A stretch of 32,305 nucleotides of DNA from a virus (lineage: Duplodnaviria > Caudoviricetes): positions 1 through 32,305 of IMG/VR virus record IMGVR_UViG_3300031605_000016. The stretch is one strand, 5' to 3'. The notes under the pieces are model-generated. The model was given only the letters and a program-made list of their open reading frames with translations, was not told the DNA's origin and made no database searches. Below, one piece after another: positions 16,175 to 25,342 of the stretch (its first letter is position 1; each line of letters opens with the position of its first letter). Made by a program: the position numbers and the translations under genes.

Positions 16175-16621
16175 ATGGCAATGTCATGGAAGGCTGAAGT
16201 TGGTATCAACAACGTGCCCGCATATCAAGTAAGTGGAAGGCCATTTTCCAGCGCTAGCGTTATCTATGATCAGGTTGCTGCCCGCGAGGTTAAATTTCCT
16301 TATGTTACACGCTGGATTCAAGTGATCAACAAGAGCACAAGCGTCTTACGAGTTGGATATTCGGCTGCAGGTGTCGTGGGAGCCAAGACATCAGGTCATG
16401 GCAACAAATATTATTTTACAGTCGACGCGAGTGGTTCCAATGGTTACGGAAAATCTGAACTGTATGAAACAAAAGTTTCATCCCTCTGGCTCTATGGTAA
16501 TGTGGCTGCAGCAGGCACATGCGATGTAGTGGCTGGTCTTACTACTATTGCCAGGTTCCGGACATCTGGTAGTTTAGGTCTAAACTTCTCTGGATCTGGC
16601 CCTGTTGCTGAAGGAGTGTAA
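16175..16621 (+). CDS. Putative virion structural protein
   Basis: GGAGG RBS; beta-rich, Gly/Ser/Val-rich composition; first gene of the fibre cluster. Confidence 0.7.
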   Translation: MAMSWKAEVGINNVPAYQVSGRPFSSASVIYDQVAAREVKFPYVTRWIQVINKSTSVLRVGYSAAGVVGAKTSGHGNKYYFTVDASGSNGYGKSELYETKVSSLWLYGNVAAAGTCDVVAGLTTIARFRTSGSLGLNFSGSGPVAEGV

Positions 16622-16625
16622 TTAA

Positions 16626-17309
16626 ATGGCTAAGTTTGGCTGGGCATATATTAATTGTTCGGGTGCTTCCTCAGATCAGACCCATGGCCCGGCATACTCT
16701 ATTCAGTATGTCACATCATCTGCCGCTACAAGCACTACAGGATCGGGATATCTTACGTATCACACAGGTAGCGCCACCGGCTTTTCTGTTTCTACATTAA
16801 TTTTATCAGGAAATATGATTATAACGGGCACTTTGAGTGCTAGTGTATACAACTACGAGAACATTACTATTATTGATGCCACTGGTTCTACGTATTTTGG
16901 CAATACGGATGATGATATCCATATGCGTACCGGTAGCCTGGTAGTCTCTAACCAGGCCGGCACGCATATTTTAAGTGCGTCTGTTGGACAAAAGACAGTT
17001 TATGTAAAGGGCTTTGCTGGTAATTATACTGGTGTCTCAACGTTATCATACGCCCCCGTCGATGGAGACTATATTTTAGGTGTCACGCGCGGCAATTATG
17101 TTACAATGTCATTGCCCGCCCCCTCGTCACTCAACTCCGGCCGGGTTTTATTAATTAAAGATGAATTCAAAAATAGAGGTACAGGAAGCATTTTTGTTAC
17201 CGGCGCCGCTTCTGGTTTTTTGATCGATCATGCATCCTCCTACTTGATGACAGGCTCCAACCCTGCTATTAGCTTATATTCAAATGGTAGCAATTGGTTC
17301 GTCTTCTAA
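16626..17309 (+). CDS. Fibre-like virion protein (paralog 1)
   Basis: Ser/Thr/Gly-rich; GPAYSIQY; C-terminal DYILGV...LP...IKDE...ID...LYSNGSNWF domain. Confidence 0.7.
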   Translation: MAKFGWAYINCSGASSDQTHGPAYSIQYVTSSAATSTTGSGYLTYHTGSATGFSVSTLILSGNMIITGTLSASVYNYENITIIDATGSTYFGNTDDDIHMRTGSLVVSNQAGTHILSASVGQKTVYVKGFAGNYTGVSTLSYAPVDGDYILGVTRGNYVTMSLPAPSSLNSGRVLLIKDEFKNRGTGSIFVTGAASGFLIDHASSYLMTGSNPAISLYSNGSNWFVF

Positions 17310-17330
17310 TTAACAGAGGAGGACTGCCAA

Positions 17331-18068
17331 GTGGCATATAATATTTTATCTGGCACTGTGATTGCCGCTGACAAATATTTGCCCGGCGATCTAGTAGTTA
17401 ATGTCGTTTCAGGAAATTTAAGTACGTCAGACGCCGCAACGGTTATTAATGTTCCGCGCGTATTTAATGCTACGAATAATAGCGTCGTCACTAACGTTGG
17501 CGGCGATGCTAATGTATTAACATGTGAAAGTAATCTTACTTTTGATGGTGATACACTTAATATTGTAGGCGAACTTACAGCCAGCACTGGAGTTTCGGCT
17601 TCTTTCTTTATGGGTGATGGCAGTCGCCTTACTGGGATAACTAGTGGTGGTGGCGCTTCGGGCGCAGGTCCAGATTACTCCATTCAGTTTACGACCGGCT
17701 CCGGAGGGATTAGCGGCTCAGCCGACCTCCTTTTTAGTGCTTCTATATTAAGTCTCGCAGGAGGATTGAAATTAAGTCGGGTAGAGATTAGTGCCAGTTA
17801 TTCTATCACAACTACTGATTATTACATTGGGGTCAACACAGCCGAAAACGTCAGCGCTATTACAGTAAGTCTTCCTAGCGCTAGCTTGATGCAGGATGGA
17901 CAATCGTATGTTATAAAAGATGAAGGCGGACAAGCAAATAGCAAGAATGTATCGGTTGCCGCTGCGGGATCAGATAAAATCGATGGTCAAAATATTGTAG
18001 TTTTGGAGTCTCCTTACGCATCTATTCATCTTTATTGTAACGGTTCTAACAAATATTTTATATGCTAA
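17331..18068 (+). CDS. Fibre-like virion protein (paralog 2)
   Basis: GTG start after GAGGAGG; MAYNILSG; GPDYSIQF; same C-terminal domain. Confidence 0.72.
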   Translation: MAYNILSGTVIAADKYLPGDLVVNVVSGNLSTSDAATVINVPRVFNATNNSVVTNVGGDANVLTCESNLTFDGDTLNIVGELTASTGVSASFFMGDGSRLTGITSGGGASGAGPDYSIQFTTGSGGISGSADLLFSASILSLAGGLKLSRVEISASYSITTTDYYIGVNTAENVSAITVSLPSASLMQDGQSYVIKDEGGQANSKNVSVAAAGSDKIDGQNIVVLESPYASIHLYCNGSNKYFIC

Positions 18069-18075
18069 CTATTTA
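18068..18075 (+). promoter_or_regulatory. Putative late promoter motif ACTATTTA
   Basis: Recurring motif at the start of the intergenic gap before 18180. Confidence 0.55.
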
Positions 18076-18179
18076 AGCCCCCACCTCGACTACGTATTAA
18101 TGAGGGGTAGAGTACGCTTATGGAAATTGGCGTACTTATACCAATTTAATTAAAAACTATTTTATAGGAGGGTTTTTTA

Positions 18180-20150
18180 ATGGCTTATAAATTTCAATTA
18201 GGTGATGCTCGAATGAGTGGATCCTTAACACAGGAAGAAGGTATTACTGTTGTTGCTGGTGGGGCTACTGTCACCGCTGGTGGACTTACAGTTAGTGCCG
18301 GTACTTCCGCTGTACAGGCTTTAACGTCTACCACGTTAAGTGCTACTGGTGATGTAGATCTCGGTAATGCTACTTCTGATACAATTACTTGTACTGGTCG
18401 TTTTGATTCGGATCTTGTTCCGTCTGCTGACAGCGCACAGGATCTCGGTTCTTCGGCTTTACAGTGGGCAGAAGCTCACGTTGACACTGGTCACATCGAT
18501 ACACTTACAGTAACTGGTACTTCGACTCTTACTACTGTTGATATCAACGGTGGTAATATTGACGGTACCGCAATTGGTGCTGTTAGTGTTGCTGCTGGTT
18601 CGTTCGCTGCTGTTGTCGGAACAACGGGTGTCTATTCGGGCATTCTTAAAACTGATGACGCTACTGAAGCTACTTCGACAACTGACGGTTCTTTACAGAC
18701 TGACGGTGGTTTGAGTGTTGCTAAGAGTGCTGTTATTGGTGATGATTTGGATCTCTTGTCTGACGGTGCAATTTTTAGCATTGGAAGTACTTCTAAGTTC
18801 GTCTTAACGGATCAGAGTGCAAACAACGCTGTGATGGCTGCTTCTGGCGCCAGACTCGCATTTGGTGATGCTGGTGAGTATATTAGTGGCGACGGAACTG
18901 ATCTTAAGATCGTTTCTAGTAATGACATTGATGTAACTGGCGATTTAGATGTTGTCGGTGGAGTGACTTCAACTCTGGTATCTACTTTAGCTAGTGCTTC
19001 TGGTATAACCACTATAGGTTCTACCACGGCTGCTGTCTTCTCGGCTGCTGGTGTTCTGAGTATTAATAATGCTACTGAAGCAACCAGTACCACAGACGGC
19101 TCTTTACAGACTGACGGTGGTTTGAGTGTTGCACTGAGTGCTGTTGTTGGGGATGACCTTGACTTACTTTCTGATTCTGCCATTCTTAACTTTGGTGCTG
19201 ATAAAGATGTCACAGTGACTCACGTTGCTGATACTGGTCTTCTTCTGAGCGGTTCTCAGGCCGCCACCCGCATTCAATTCAATGATTCTTCGCAGTACAT
19301 CGGTGGTTCCAGCCTTGTAGATCTTGATCTCGCGGCCACAACTGATATTAATATGGATTGTACTACAGTTGATATTAATGGTAAATTGGACGTGTCTGGA
19401 ACATCGAAGTTGACTGGTGTTGTCACTATTGATGCTGGTGTCGTTCCCGACGCCGATGATGGCGCTTACCTTGGTCAGGCCGGAACCGCTTTTAGCGATC
19501 TGTTCCTTGCTGAAGGTGGTGTGATTAACTGGGATAGTGGTGATATGACCATGACTCAGGCTAGTAACGTTCTTACTGTTGCTGGTGGTACTTTAACTGC
19601 TACACTGACCAATGCGTTAACCAACGGTACTAATGGCGGAATCGCGACGTTATCTTATAGCGGTGCGGCTGCTGATACTGTCGAGTTGGATCTCAATGAT
19701 CTCACCGCCGCTGCTGTTGATGTGGCTGCTGATAGTATCGCTATCGTCGACTTTAATGATAGTGGTGCCACAAGAAAAGAAAGCATTGCTGACCTCGTTG
19801 CTGGTATGGCTGGAACCGGTCTTACGGCTGCTTCTGGACAGCTTTCTGTCGGTGCCGCTAGTACTCCTAACGGAATTGGTGATGCTGCTGCAACTTTGGC
19901 AGAAGGAATTAACTACGGTACAACCACCTTCACTGCTGCTCGCATCTGGACAATGCTTGCTTCGGAGAACTTGACTGTTGGAGACGTGATTCGTGTTAAA
20001 GCACCCGCTGGTGTTTCTACCAGTAACACGTTGACAATCCTCAAGGATGGGGTACAAAAGTTTGATGGCCAAGATTCGTTAATAATCGAGTCGCCTTATG
20101 GTGCTGTCGCGCTTTTCTACGTCGCTGTTAATAAATTCGCAATCCTCTAA
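18180..20150 (+). CDS. Long fibre-like virion protein (paralog 3)
   Basis: AGGAGG RBS; T/S/G/D/A-rich beta-repeat composition; internal repeat; C-terminal FDGQDSLIIESPYGAVALFY resembles paralog 2. Confidence 0.78.
   Translation: MAYKFQLGDARMSGSLTQEEGITVVAGGATVTAGGLTVSAGTSAVQALTSTTLSATGDVDLGNATSDTITCTGRFDSDLVPSADSAQDLGSSALQWAEAHVDTGHIDTLTVTGTSTLTTVDINGGNIDGTAIGAVSVAAGSFAAVVGTTGVYSGILKTDDATEATSTTDGSLQTDGGLSVAKSAVIGDDLDLLSDGAIFSIGSTSKFVLTDQSANNAVMAASGARLAFGDAGEYISGDGTDLKIVSSNDIDVTGDLDVVGGVTSTLVSTLASASGITTIGSTTAAVFSAAGVLSINNATEATSTTDGSLQTDGGLSVALSAVVGDDLDLLSDSAILNFGADKDVTVTHVADTGLLLSGSQAATRIQFNDSSQYIGGSSLVDLDLAATTDINMDCTTVDINGKLDVSGTSKLTGVVTIDAGVVPDADDGAYLGQAGTAFSDLFLAEGGVINWDSGDMTMTQASNVLTVAGGTLTATLTNALTNGTNGGIATLSYSGAAADTVELDLNDLTAAAVDVAADSIAIVDFNDSGATRKESIADLVAGMAGTGLTAASGQLSVGAASTPNGIGDAAATLAEGINYGTTTFTAARIWTMLASENLTVGDVIRVKAPAGVSTSNTLTILKDGVQKFDGQDSLIIESPYGAVALFYVAVNKFAIL
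18660..19180 (+). repeat. Intragenic direct repeat of about 110 bp (copies at about 18660-18770 and 19071-19180)
   Basis: ATEATSTTDGSLQTDGGLSVAxSAVxGDDLDLLSD occurs twice, 411 bp apart, with an identical core TCTTTACAGACTGACGGTGGTTTGAGTGTTGC. Confidence 0.9.
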
Positions 20151-20186
20151 TCTACGGTTTTCCTTAGATTAAAAGACATATCTTTT

Positions 20187-20226
20187 TGGATGCCTCCTTT
20201 TTGGGGGCATTCATTTATGTTTATTT
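20187..20226 (+). terminator. Intrinsic terminator
   Basis: TGGATGCCTCC-TTTTT-GGGGGCATTCA hairpin followed by a T-rich tail. Confidence 0.7.
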
Positions 20227-20280
20227 ATTATTTCTTGGGGCTCTCTGAATAAGCGGCTAATTATAGAGTGAGGATCAAAT

Positions 20281-21423
20281 ATGGCATATAATGTTTTAAA
20301 AGGAAAAGTTGAGGGCTCTGTAGATCAGCACGCTGATCAGGAAATAAATGGAGTAAAAGTATTTAAAAACACTGTTAGTGGCAGCGGCTTTTATGACACG
20401 ACTGCCGAAAGCCTATGCGCTACTTTAAAAGATGTGCCACTCCGGAAATTAAAGACTAGTAATATTAATGGAGTTTTAACCTATCAAGGCGACTATTCCG
20501 CAAAAGCGGAATATAACTTAAAATTTGATGGAAAAGAACTAACAACCAAAGACATACGAGCAGAACGTCTATTCGGTTCTGGCGCCGGACTACACGATAT
20601 CCCCACTGATCGCTTTAGTGGTTCTATTAGCGCCCACAATTTGCATAAAGGACCAACATTAAAAGACTCAAAGGGATATTTACAAGTCAACACAAACGAA
20701 GGCTTACATTCCACAAAAGATGGCTTGTCTGTCTTACTGGACAGCAACGGTGCTTTAGATATAAAAGATCGACACTTAATTGTTAATCCTAAAAGATCTT
20801 TGGACATCACCGCTAGAGGTCAAAATCTAAGTGATGCGGATTTCTTGGTGGTTTATGATGCTTCGAGAGGAGATACCCGCCGCACAACTTTAAGTAATTT
20901 TTATGATTCTTATATCAATACAAAAACCTTACAACCCGAAGGCCCACTGAATAGTATTCAACTTCGCGGACGAAAAGGTCTTTCGGCAACCCCCGCTTTG
21001 ACTTTTGATAATAACAAGACGTTAAATGTCGGCGGCACACTCTGTGCTAATCAAATGTCAATCTCAGACAAAGCAGTTTTTAATGGAGACGTTAGATATA
21101 ATGGCGCGGTATATAAATCTATAAAAACGATAACAGAAGAACGCTATGAAATTATTGAAACCGATCATACTATTTTAGCCAATACAACAGACCATGTTAT
21201 TACAATTGTCCTACCCCCAGCAGACGAATGCCAAGGTCGAGAATTGATAATTAAAAAAATTAATAATAACAAATATAAACTCAATTCTAATCTGCTTCAT
21301 ATTGCCCCAACCGGCGATACCATCGACATGCGTGAAGATATGAATATTAAATATAATTATGGGGTAAGAACACTTCAGTCGGACGGCGCTAATTGGTGGG
21401 TTATTAACCGAACAGGCTCATAA
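20281..21423 (+). CDS. Fibre-like virion protein (paralog 4)
   Basis: MAYNVLKG start like paralog 2; GPLNSIQL; C-terminal DHTIL...LP...GRELIIKK...ID...SDGANWW domain. Confidence 0.72.
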   Translation: MAYNVLKGKVEGSVDQHADQEINGVKVFKNTVSGSGFYDTTAESLCATLKDVPLRKLKTSNINGVLTYQGDYSAKAEYNLKFDGKELTTKDIRAERLFGSGAGLHDIPTDRFSGSISAHNLHKGPTLKDSKGYLQVNTNEGLHSTKDGLSVLLDSNGALDIKDRHLIVNPKRSLDITARGQNLSDADFLVVYDASRGDTRRTTLSNFYDSYINTKTLQPEGPLNSIQLRGRKGLSATPALTFDNNKTLNVGGTLCANQMSISDKAVFNGDVRYNGAVYKSIKTITEERYEIIETDHTILANTTDHVITIVLPPADECQGRELIIKKINNNKYKLNSNLLHIAPTGDTIDMREDMNIKYNYGVRTLQSDGANWWVINRTGS

Positions 21424-21448
21424 ATTGATCCTTTTTAACTATTAGGGT

Positions 21449-21456
21449 ACTATTTA
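21449..21456 (+). promoter_or_regulatory. Putative late promoter motif ACTATTTA (scaffold/capsid operon)
   Basis: Recurring motif, about 30 nt before the ATG at 21488. Confidence 0.6.
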
Positions 21457-21487
21457 TTTTGAAAACCGTGTTTGGAGAATAATTTAT

Positions 21488-22669
21488 ATGTCTAGTTTAC
21501 TCAAAGAAGCGATTGTTGATGCTACTGCGTTACGTATCGCGGCACTTAAAAATGCCGAAGCATCTGTTATTGATAAATATTCAGATGAGGTACGCAATAC
21601 TTTAAATAAGCTGCTTGAACAGGACGAATTTGACCTTGGTGGCGATCTTGGCGCTGACCTTGGTGGTGACCTCGGCGGCGATCCCGCCGCAGCCATGGAC
21701 GCACCCGCACCCGGAGAAACTGACGAGTCTTTAGACGAAGATACTGAAGATGTCCCTTATGCTGCAACCGATGACGTTAACAAGATGGACGGCAAAAATC
21801 TTAAAAAGATTCCAAGCGAAGGAGAACAGGTCGAAGTCACTCTTGATCTCGGCGCCCTACAGGAGTCAATCGAGGAATTACGCACAGAGTCTGATGAAGA
21901 AATAACTTTTGACCATGATGAATTAATCGAATTACTTCGAGAAAAAGACGCCCTGCGCACCGAAGGGGACGACGACGACGAAGAAGACGATGACGAGGAG
22001 ACCGACGCTGACGTAATGGCCGGCCCCGGCGCCTCGGAAGCCGCCACACTCGCCGCGAATACCTCCGCTATGCAGGGCCTCGAAGAAAACGAAGAAATTG
22101 AAATCACCGATGAAATGCTTGAGGACATCGCCGAGCGACTTACAGTAGATATGAGCGCTTCTTTGTCAGGTTGGGCTGGACGCTCCTCTGAGAGCGTTAA
22201 GTATGAAATTGCCCGCGCACTCGCACAGCGACGGAGCACCGATGTAGAGGAAGAATTAGATATTATGAAGAAAGCCCAAGAAGAGTTGGTTTTTGAAAAT
22301 AAACAACTCAAAAGTAAGCTTTCGAAGTTTGAGAATGTAACAGGAGAACTTAAGGAGACGCTGCAAGCAGTTAACCTTTCGAACGCCCGTTTACTATATA
22401 CGAATCGGGTATTGAGGAATACCTCCCTGAATGAGCGACAAAAAACAAGAATTGTCGAAGCTATTTCAAAGGCCGATTCAGTTACAGAAGCCAGGACAAT
22501 CCATAATATGCTTCAAAATACAGTGTCGTCTGCGCCACAACGCAAACCTAAAACACTGAATGAAGCTATTAGTCGTCCTTCTTCTGTGATTCGCGCTACT
22601 CGTAAAGAGTCGGCGCACGAGGTTGACCCATTTGCTGAGCGAATGCGTCAATTAGCCGGAATTAAATAG
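21488..22669 (+). CDS. Prohead scaffold/core protein (T4 gp22-like position)
   Basis: Highly acidic with a coiled coil and many L-x-E sites; directly upstream of the capsid gene; ends RMRQLAGIK. Confidence 0.8.
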   Translation: MSSLLKEAIVDATALRIAALKNAEASVIDKYSDEVRNTLNKLLEQDEFDLGGDLGADLGGDLGGDPAAAMDAPAPGETDESLDEDTEDVPYAATDDVNKMDGKNLKKIPSEGEQVEVTLDLGALQESIEELRTESDEEITFDHDELIELLREKDALRTEGDDDDEEDDDEETDADVMAGPGASEAATLAANTSAMQGLEENEEIEITDEMLEDIAERLTVDMSASLSGWAGRSSESVKYEIARALAQRRSTDVEEELDIMKKAQEELVFENKQLKSKLSKFENVTGELKETLQAVNLSNARLLYTNRVLRNTSLNERQKTRIVEAISKADSVTEARTIHNMLQNTVSSAPQRKPKTLNEAISRPSSVIRATRKESAHEVDPFAERMRQLAGIK

Positions 22670-22696
22670 ATACAATTTTATAGGAGGTATTTTAAA

Positions 22697-24511
22697 ATGG
22701 CTAGTATTATAGAAAGATTGACCGAAGGTGTTGTCAATCGTGATATGCGTACCGAGGGTAACGCACTTTTGAGAAAGTGGGAGAAGACTGGTCTCTTAGA
22801 GGGCCTTGATAACAGCCGCAAGCGGCAGAGCATGGCTCGACTGCTTGAAAACCAGGCTAAGGAACTTCTCCGAGAGTCGAGCAGCATGAGTGCTGGTGAT
22901 GTCGAGGGCTTTGCTGCCGTCGCATTCCCCATCGTTCGTCGTGTGTTCGCGGGCCTGATCGCAAACGATCTCGTCTCTGTCCAGCCGATGAGTCTGCCTA
23001 GTGGTCTCATCTTCTTCCTTGACTTCGTGTTCTCGCCCAATCTTGGCGCGACTGGCACCATGCGTGATCGCATGGGTAACATCGCTGACAAGTCGATCTA
23101 CGGTACTAACCAGGTCGGTAGCCAGATTACTGGTGGTGTGAACCTTGTGGGTGCTACCCTCAAGGAGGATCTTTCTGGTCCTCGCACTGTCGGTGCTCGC
23201 GGTTATGCATATGCTTCCCCGACTGGCTCTGGCGGCATTGAAACCGCCCAATGGAACCTTGCTGACAACTTTTCGCTGACTGGCTCCACTGAGACCCAGC
23301 GGCGCAAGTGGCTGCAGTATGATCCGGATATTCTGGCTCTTTCGTCTTCTGGCGATGCTATTGGTGTTGCGGTCTTTGAGTGTGCAGGTGATGTAATTAC
23401 AGGCTCTGTCTCCGGACAGCCGGCTGACTATAAGAACCTTGGTGCTTTCTCTGCTTCCTTCAACGGTTCCGATGGTGGTACTACTGCTACTAATGTTGGT
23501 GCGGGATCGCGCCTCATCCGTCGTCTCACTATGCAGACCGGTTCTGGTACCTCGTCGAACGTTCGCTTCGTCGTGATCGGCGCCGATGGCGCAACTGGTG
23601 TCGCAGGTAGCAACGTTGCCAAGGGCTCTCTTGAAGCTGTGGTACAGTTCCCCATCAAGGACAATATTACAACTAGCAATGCGCTTGGTTCTGTTGTTGG
23701 AACAACCCTGTGGGGTCTTGAAGGTAACGACGACATTCCCGAGATCGACATCAAGGTTGACAGTATTGCTGTTACCGCGATGACTAAGAAGCTCAAGGCT
23801 AAGTGGACACCAGAGTTGGGACAGGATCTTAATGCCTATCACAACCTTGATGCCGAAGTCGAGCTTACCAGTATTCTCTCTGAGCAGATCGCTCTTGAGA
23901 TTGACCGTGAGATCCTTGCGGACCTCGTTAACGGTGCAACCGCTGCCACTTATTACTGGTCGCGTTCGCCTGGTCTTTTCCTGAACCGCTCCACTGGCGT
24001 TGAGATTGGTGCTGCTTCCGCTGCTCCCGATTTCACCGGTACGGTTTCTGAGTGGTACGAGACTCTGATCGAGACCATCAATGATGTGTCTGCTCAGATT
24101 CACCGCAAGACTCTCCGTGGTGGTGCTAACTTTGTGGTCTGTGGCCCCGAGGTTGCTAACATCCTTGAGTTTACGGCTGGTTTCCGCGCTAGCGTCACTG
24201 CTGACGATGAGACTGGTTCGATTGGTGCTGTCAAGGTCGGTTCGCTGAGCAAGAAGTTCGATGTCATTGTTGACCCATACTTCCTTCGCAACGTGGTTCT
24301 GATTGGACGCAGAGGCTCTAGTTTCCTTGAGTCTGGTTATGTTTACGCACCTTACGTGCCGCTGCAGACTACACCTACTATCTTCGGCCCGGAAGACTTC
24401 GTGCCCCGTAAGGGTGTCATGACGCGCTACGCCAAGAAGATGGTGCGTCCTGATCTTTACGGTCTCGTTATTATCTCTGGTCTCTTAGGTATCGCGGGTG
24501 CCACTAGCTAA
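22697..24511 (+). CDS. gp23: Major capsid protein (T4 gp23-like)
   Basis: VSVQPMSLPSGLIFFL, KLKAKWTPELGQDLNAYHNLDAEVELTSILSEQIALEIDREI, YAPYVPL and PRKGVMTRYA; AGGAGGT RBS. Confidence 0.96.
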   Translation: MASIIERLTEGVVNRDMRTEGNALLRKWEKTGLLEGLDNSRKRQSMARLLENQAKELLRESSSMSAGDVEGFAAVAFPIVRRVFAGLIANDLVSVQPMSLPSGLIFFLDFVFSPNLGATGTMRDRMGNIADKSIYGTNQVGSQITGGVNLVGATLKEDLSGPRTVGARGYAYASPTGSGGIETAQWNLADNFSLTGSTETQRRKWLQYDPDILALSSSGDAIGVAVFECAGDVITGSVSGQPADYKNLGAFSASFNGSDGGTTATNVGAGSRLIRRLTMQTGSGTSSNVRFVVIGADGATGVAGSNVAKGSLEAVVQFPIKDNITTSNALGSVVGTTLWGLEGNDDIPEIDIKVDSIAVTAMTKKLKAKWTPELGQDLNAYHNLDAEVELTSILSEQIALEIDREILADLVNGATAATYYWSRSPGLFLNRSTGVEIGAASAAPDFTGTVSEWYETLIETINDVSAQIHRKTLRGGANFVVCGPEVANILEFTAGFRASVTADDETGSIGAVKVGSLSKKFDVIVDPYFLRNVVLIGRRGSSFLESGYVYAPYVPLQTTPTIFGPEDFVPRKGVMTRYAKKMVRPDLYGLVIISGLLGIAGATS

Positions 24512-24538
24512 ATTATAGTAAATACCCCAAACAAATGT

Positions 24539-24573
24539 AAAGCCTCCGTTCACTGAACGGAGGCTTTCGTTTA
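24539..24573 (+). terminator. Intrinsic terminator after the capsid gene
   Basis: Perfect AAAGCCTCCGTTC-ACT-GAACGGAGGCTTT stem followed by CGTTTA. Confidence 0.85.
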
Positions 24574-24579
24574 TCTGAT

Positions 24580-24611
24580 ACTACTTACAGCCGAAGGGAG
24601 AAATCCTTTCG
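24580..24611 (+). promoter_or_regulatory. Putative late promoter ACTACTTA plus a 5' GAAA-tetraloop hairpin
   Basis: Motif at 24580-24587; CGAAGGGA-GAAA-TCCTTTCG at 24592-24611. Confidence 0.55.
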
Positions 24612-24635
24612 TTAATTGACCTAATTAATATTCAT

Positions 24636-24704
24636 AAGGAGAAACATATTATGGGAACAAAGAGAGTAGGTTGGGCACGAATTCGTAGCCTGATTAACGA
24701 AAAT
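24636..24704 (+). repeat. 69-bp direct repeat, copy 1 (RBS plus first 18 codons)
   Basis: 68 of 69 nt identical to 25274-25342. Confidence 0.95.
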
Positions 24705-25127
24705 GCAAATCAACTGGGACCGCGTTATACAAAGGTTCGAAGTGTACTTACCGCAGACACGACCTTAACATCTGCGGATTTTGGCTCGGTGATCTTACTG
24801 AGTGGCGCCGCAGCGCTGAACCTGGAAATGGTTCTTCCGAGCAGCCCACCCGTTGGCGCAGAGCTTAAATTTGTGCTCGTTGCCGCCAGCCACGCGAACA
24901 CACAGATCTTGCTCGATAGCGGAGATAGCCATACAATTAATGGTTACGCGAACGTGAACGCGGCAGATATGGCAGACGGATCCACAGCTTACCACACCCA
25001 TCGCAAACTTGGCTGGGGTGATGCCACCAAAAAGGGAGGATACCTTCATCTTGTGTGTTCATCGTCTAAGCACTGGATGATTGTTGACTCCAAGTCGGAT
25101 ACCACTTGGATTAACGTTCACGCATAA
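24651..25127 (+). CDS. Putative head decoration/fibre protein, cassette 1
   Basis: MGTKRVGWARIRSLINEN start; body TLTSADFGSVILL...LP...GAELKFV resembles the fibre C-terminal domain; follows the capsid gene. Confidence 0.7.
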   Translation: MGTKRVGWARIRSLINENANQLGPRYTKVRSVLTADTTLTSADFGSVILLSGAAALNLEMVLPSSPPVGAELKFVLVAASHANTQILLDSGDSHTINGYANVNAADMADGSTAYHTHRKLGWGDATKKGGYLHLVCSSSKHWMIVDSKSDTTWINVHA

Positions 25128-25149
25128 ATTTTAAAATACATCTATAAGC

Positions 25150-25184
25150 ACCCCCCTTCCCTTTCGGGTTGGGGGGTATTATTA
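25150..25184 (+). terminator. Intrinsic terminator
   Basis: ACCCCCC-TT-CCC-TTTC-GGG-TT-GGGGGGT hairpin with an AT-rich tail. Confidence 0.65.
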
Positions 25185-25193
25185 TAAAATCGT

Positions 25194-25215
25194 GATCTGT
25201 CAAAAAATTGAGATT
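25194..25215 (+). repeat. Intergenic repeat GATCTGTCAAAAAAT...TGAGATT, short copy
   Basis: First 15 nt identical to 25861-25875; equals the long copy minus 16 central nt. Confidence 0.8.
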
Positions 25216-25221
25216 CCTCTC

Positions 25222-25229
25222 ACTATTTA
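25222..25229 (+). promoter_or_regulatory. Putative late promoter motif ACTATTTA
   Basis: Recurring motif upstream of cassette 2. Confidence 0.6.
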
Positions 25230-25273
25230 TAGTCGACGGTCGCAAGCCTTTTGTTGATTGAGTGAATATTTGC

Positions 25274-25342
25274 AAGGAGAAACATATTATGGGAACAAAG
25301 AGAGTAGGTTGGGCCCGAATTCGTAGCCTGATTAACGAAAAT
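25274..25342 (+). repeat. 69-bp direct repeat, copy 2
   Basis: 68 of 69 nt identical to 24636-24704; the single difference is synonymous (GCA/GCC). Confidence 0.95.

Noticed and set aside
18660-19180. Repeat pair as a possible DGR template/variable repeat
   Set aside because: Both copies are in frame in one gene, the differences are mostly synonymous and not adenine-specific, and no reverse transcriptase is present.
22796-24103. 435-aa antisense ORF (and 23428-23796) inside the capsid gene
   Set aside because: A shadow ORF expected from the capsid gene's biased codon use; no RBS, no recognisable motif, and no other minus-strand genes in the window.
24636-25342. 69-bp repeats as a CRISPR array, shufflon or IS ends
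   Set aside because: There are only two direct, protein-coding copies 638 bp apart; no inverted cassettes, cas, invertase or transposase genes.
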